Shown in pieces: positions 63,754 through 64,000 of a stretch of 64,000 nt of DNA. Source of the stretch: Amoebidium appalachense. Taxonomy: Eukaryota; Protista; Ichthyosporea. Every line of letters starts with the position of its first letter. Positions within the stretch are counted from its first letter, which is position 1. The DNA lies in assembly GCA_963693365.1 (NCBI GenBank), contig CAVNZM010000007.1:1039979-1103978 (forward strand), written 5' to 3'. The position numbers were made by a program, and so were the translations under genes. Under the pieces are notes generated by a model. It was not told the origin of the DNA, did not search any database, and saw nothing but the letters and a program-made list of their open reading frames with translations.

Positions 63754-63885
63754 GGTGGAAAGGGAGATGTTCTTCTTGTTGATTGAAGTAGTGTAAGCCG
63801 CCGTTTTTGTTGTGTTGCTTTGTGTGTTTTGATGTGTTCAGACTTTGAACGGTGATGATCCGAGGGAACAACGCTATGTGCACTG

Positions 63886-63893
63886 TTTATATA
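63886..63893 (-). promoter_or_regulatory. Putative TATA box for the 63753 ORF
   Basis: TATATAAA on the minus strand upstream of a Kozak-context ATG. Confidence 0.35.
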
Positions 63894-64000
63894 CCCGCTG
63901 TCTGCTGAAATAGAATGCGATGATTGGTTTACAATCATTCAGTGGCCGTGCAGCTCCTTCCACCAGAATCGGTCCTAATTTTATATGGTATATTTTGATG

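Overview
Eukaryotic genomic DNA, very rich in introns and in poly-C, poly-G, (CA)n and (CT)n tracts. Calcium-binding EGF exons and an animal-like DNA-PKcs fit a holozoan-type organism, but the taxon cannot be fixed from the sequence. Bases 67-51692 (+) hold the 3' ~70% of a DNA-PKcs (PRKDC) gene. I traced 71 exons by hand (one tentative), totalling 8593 nt, which is 2864 codons after removing one extra homopolymer base. They cover the HEAT solenoid, PQR- and ABCDE-like S/TQ clusters, FAT, PIKK kinase and FATC (…GRCWH|GWEAWM*). Downstream lie a convergent two-exon coiled-coil/BTB/WD40 gene (-), a compact intronless island with two head-to-head ORFs followed by a perfect 58-bp palindrome, three EGF exons (two frameshifted), and a small intronless basic ORF (-). 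The most unusual signals concern splicing. Introns are polarised, with poly-C after the donor and (CA)n abutting the acceptor AG in place of a U-rich tract. Minisatellites multiply a whole 3' splice site 12 times and a 5' splice site 6 times, and there are two GC-AG introns. Most ORFs in the supplied track are simple-repeat artefacts, and homopolymer lengths look unreliable.
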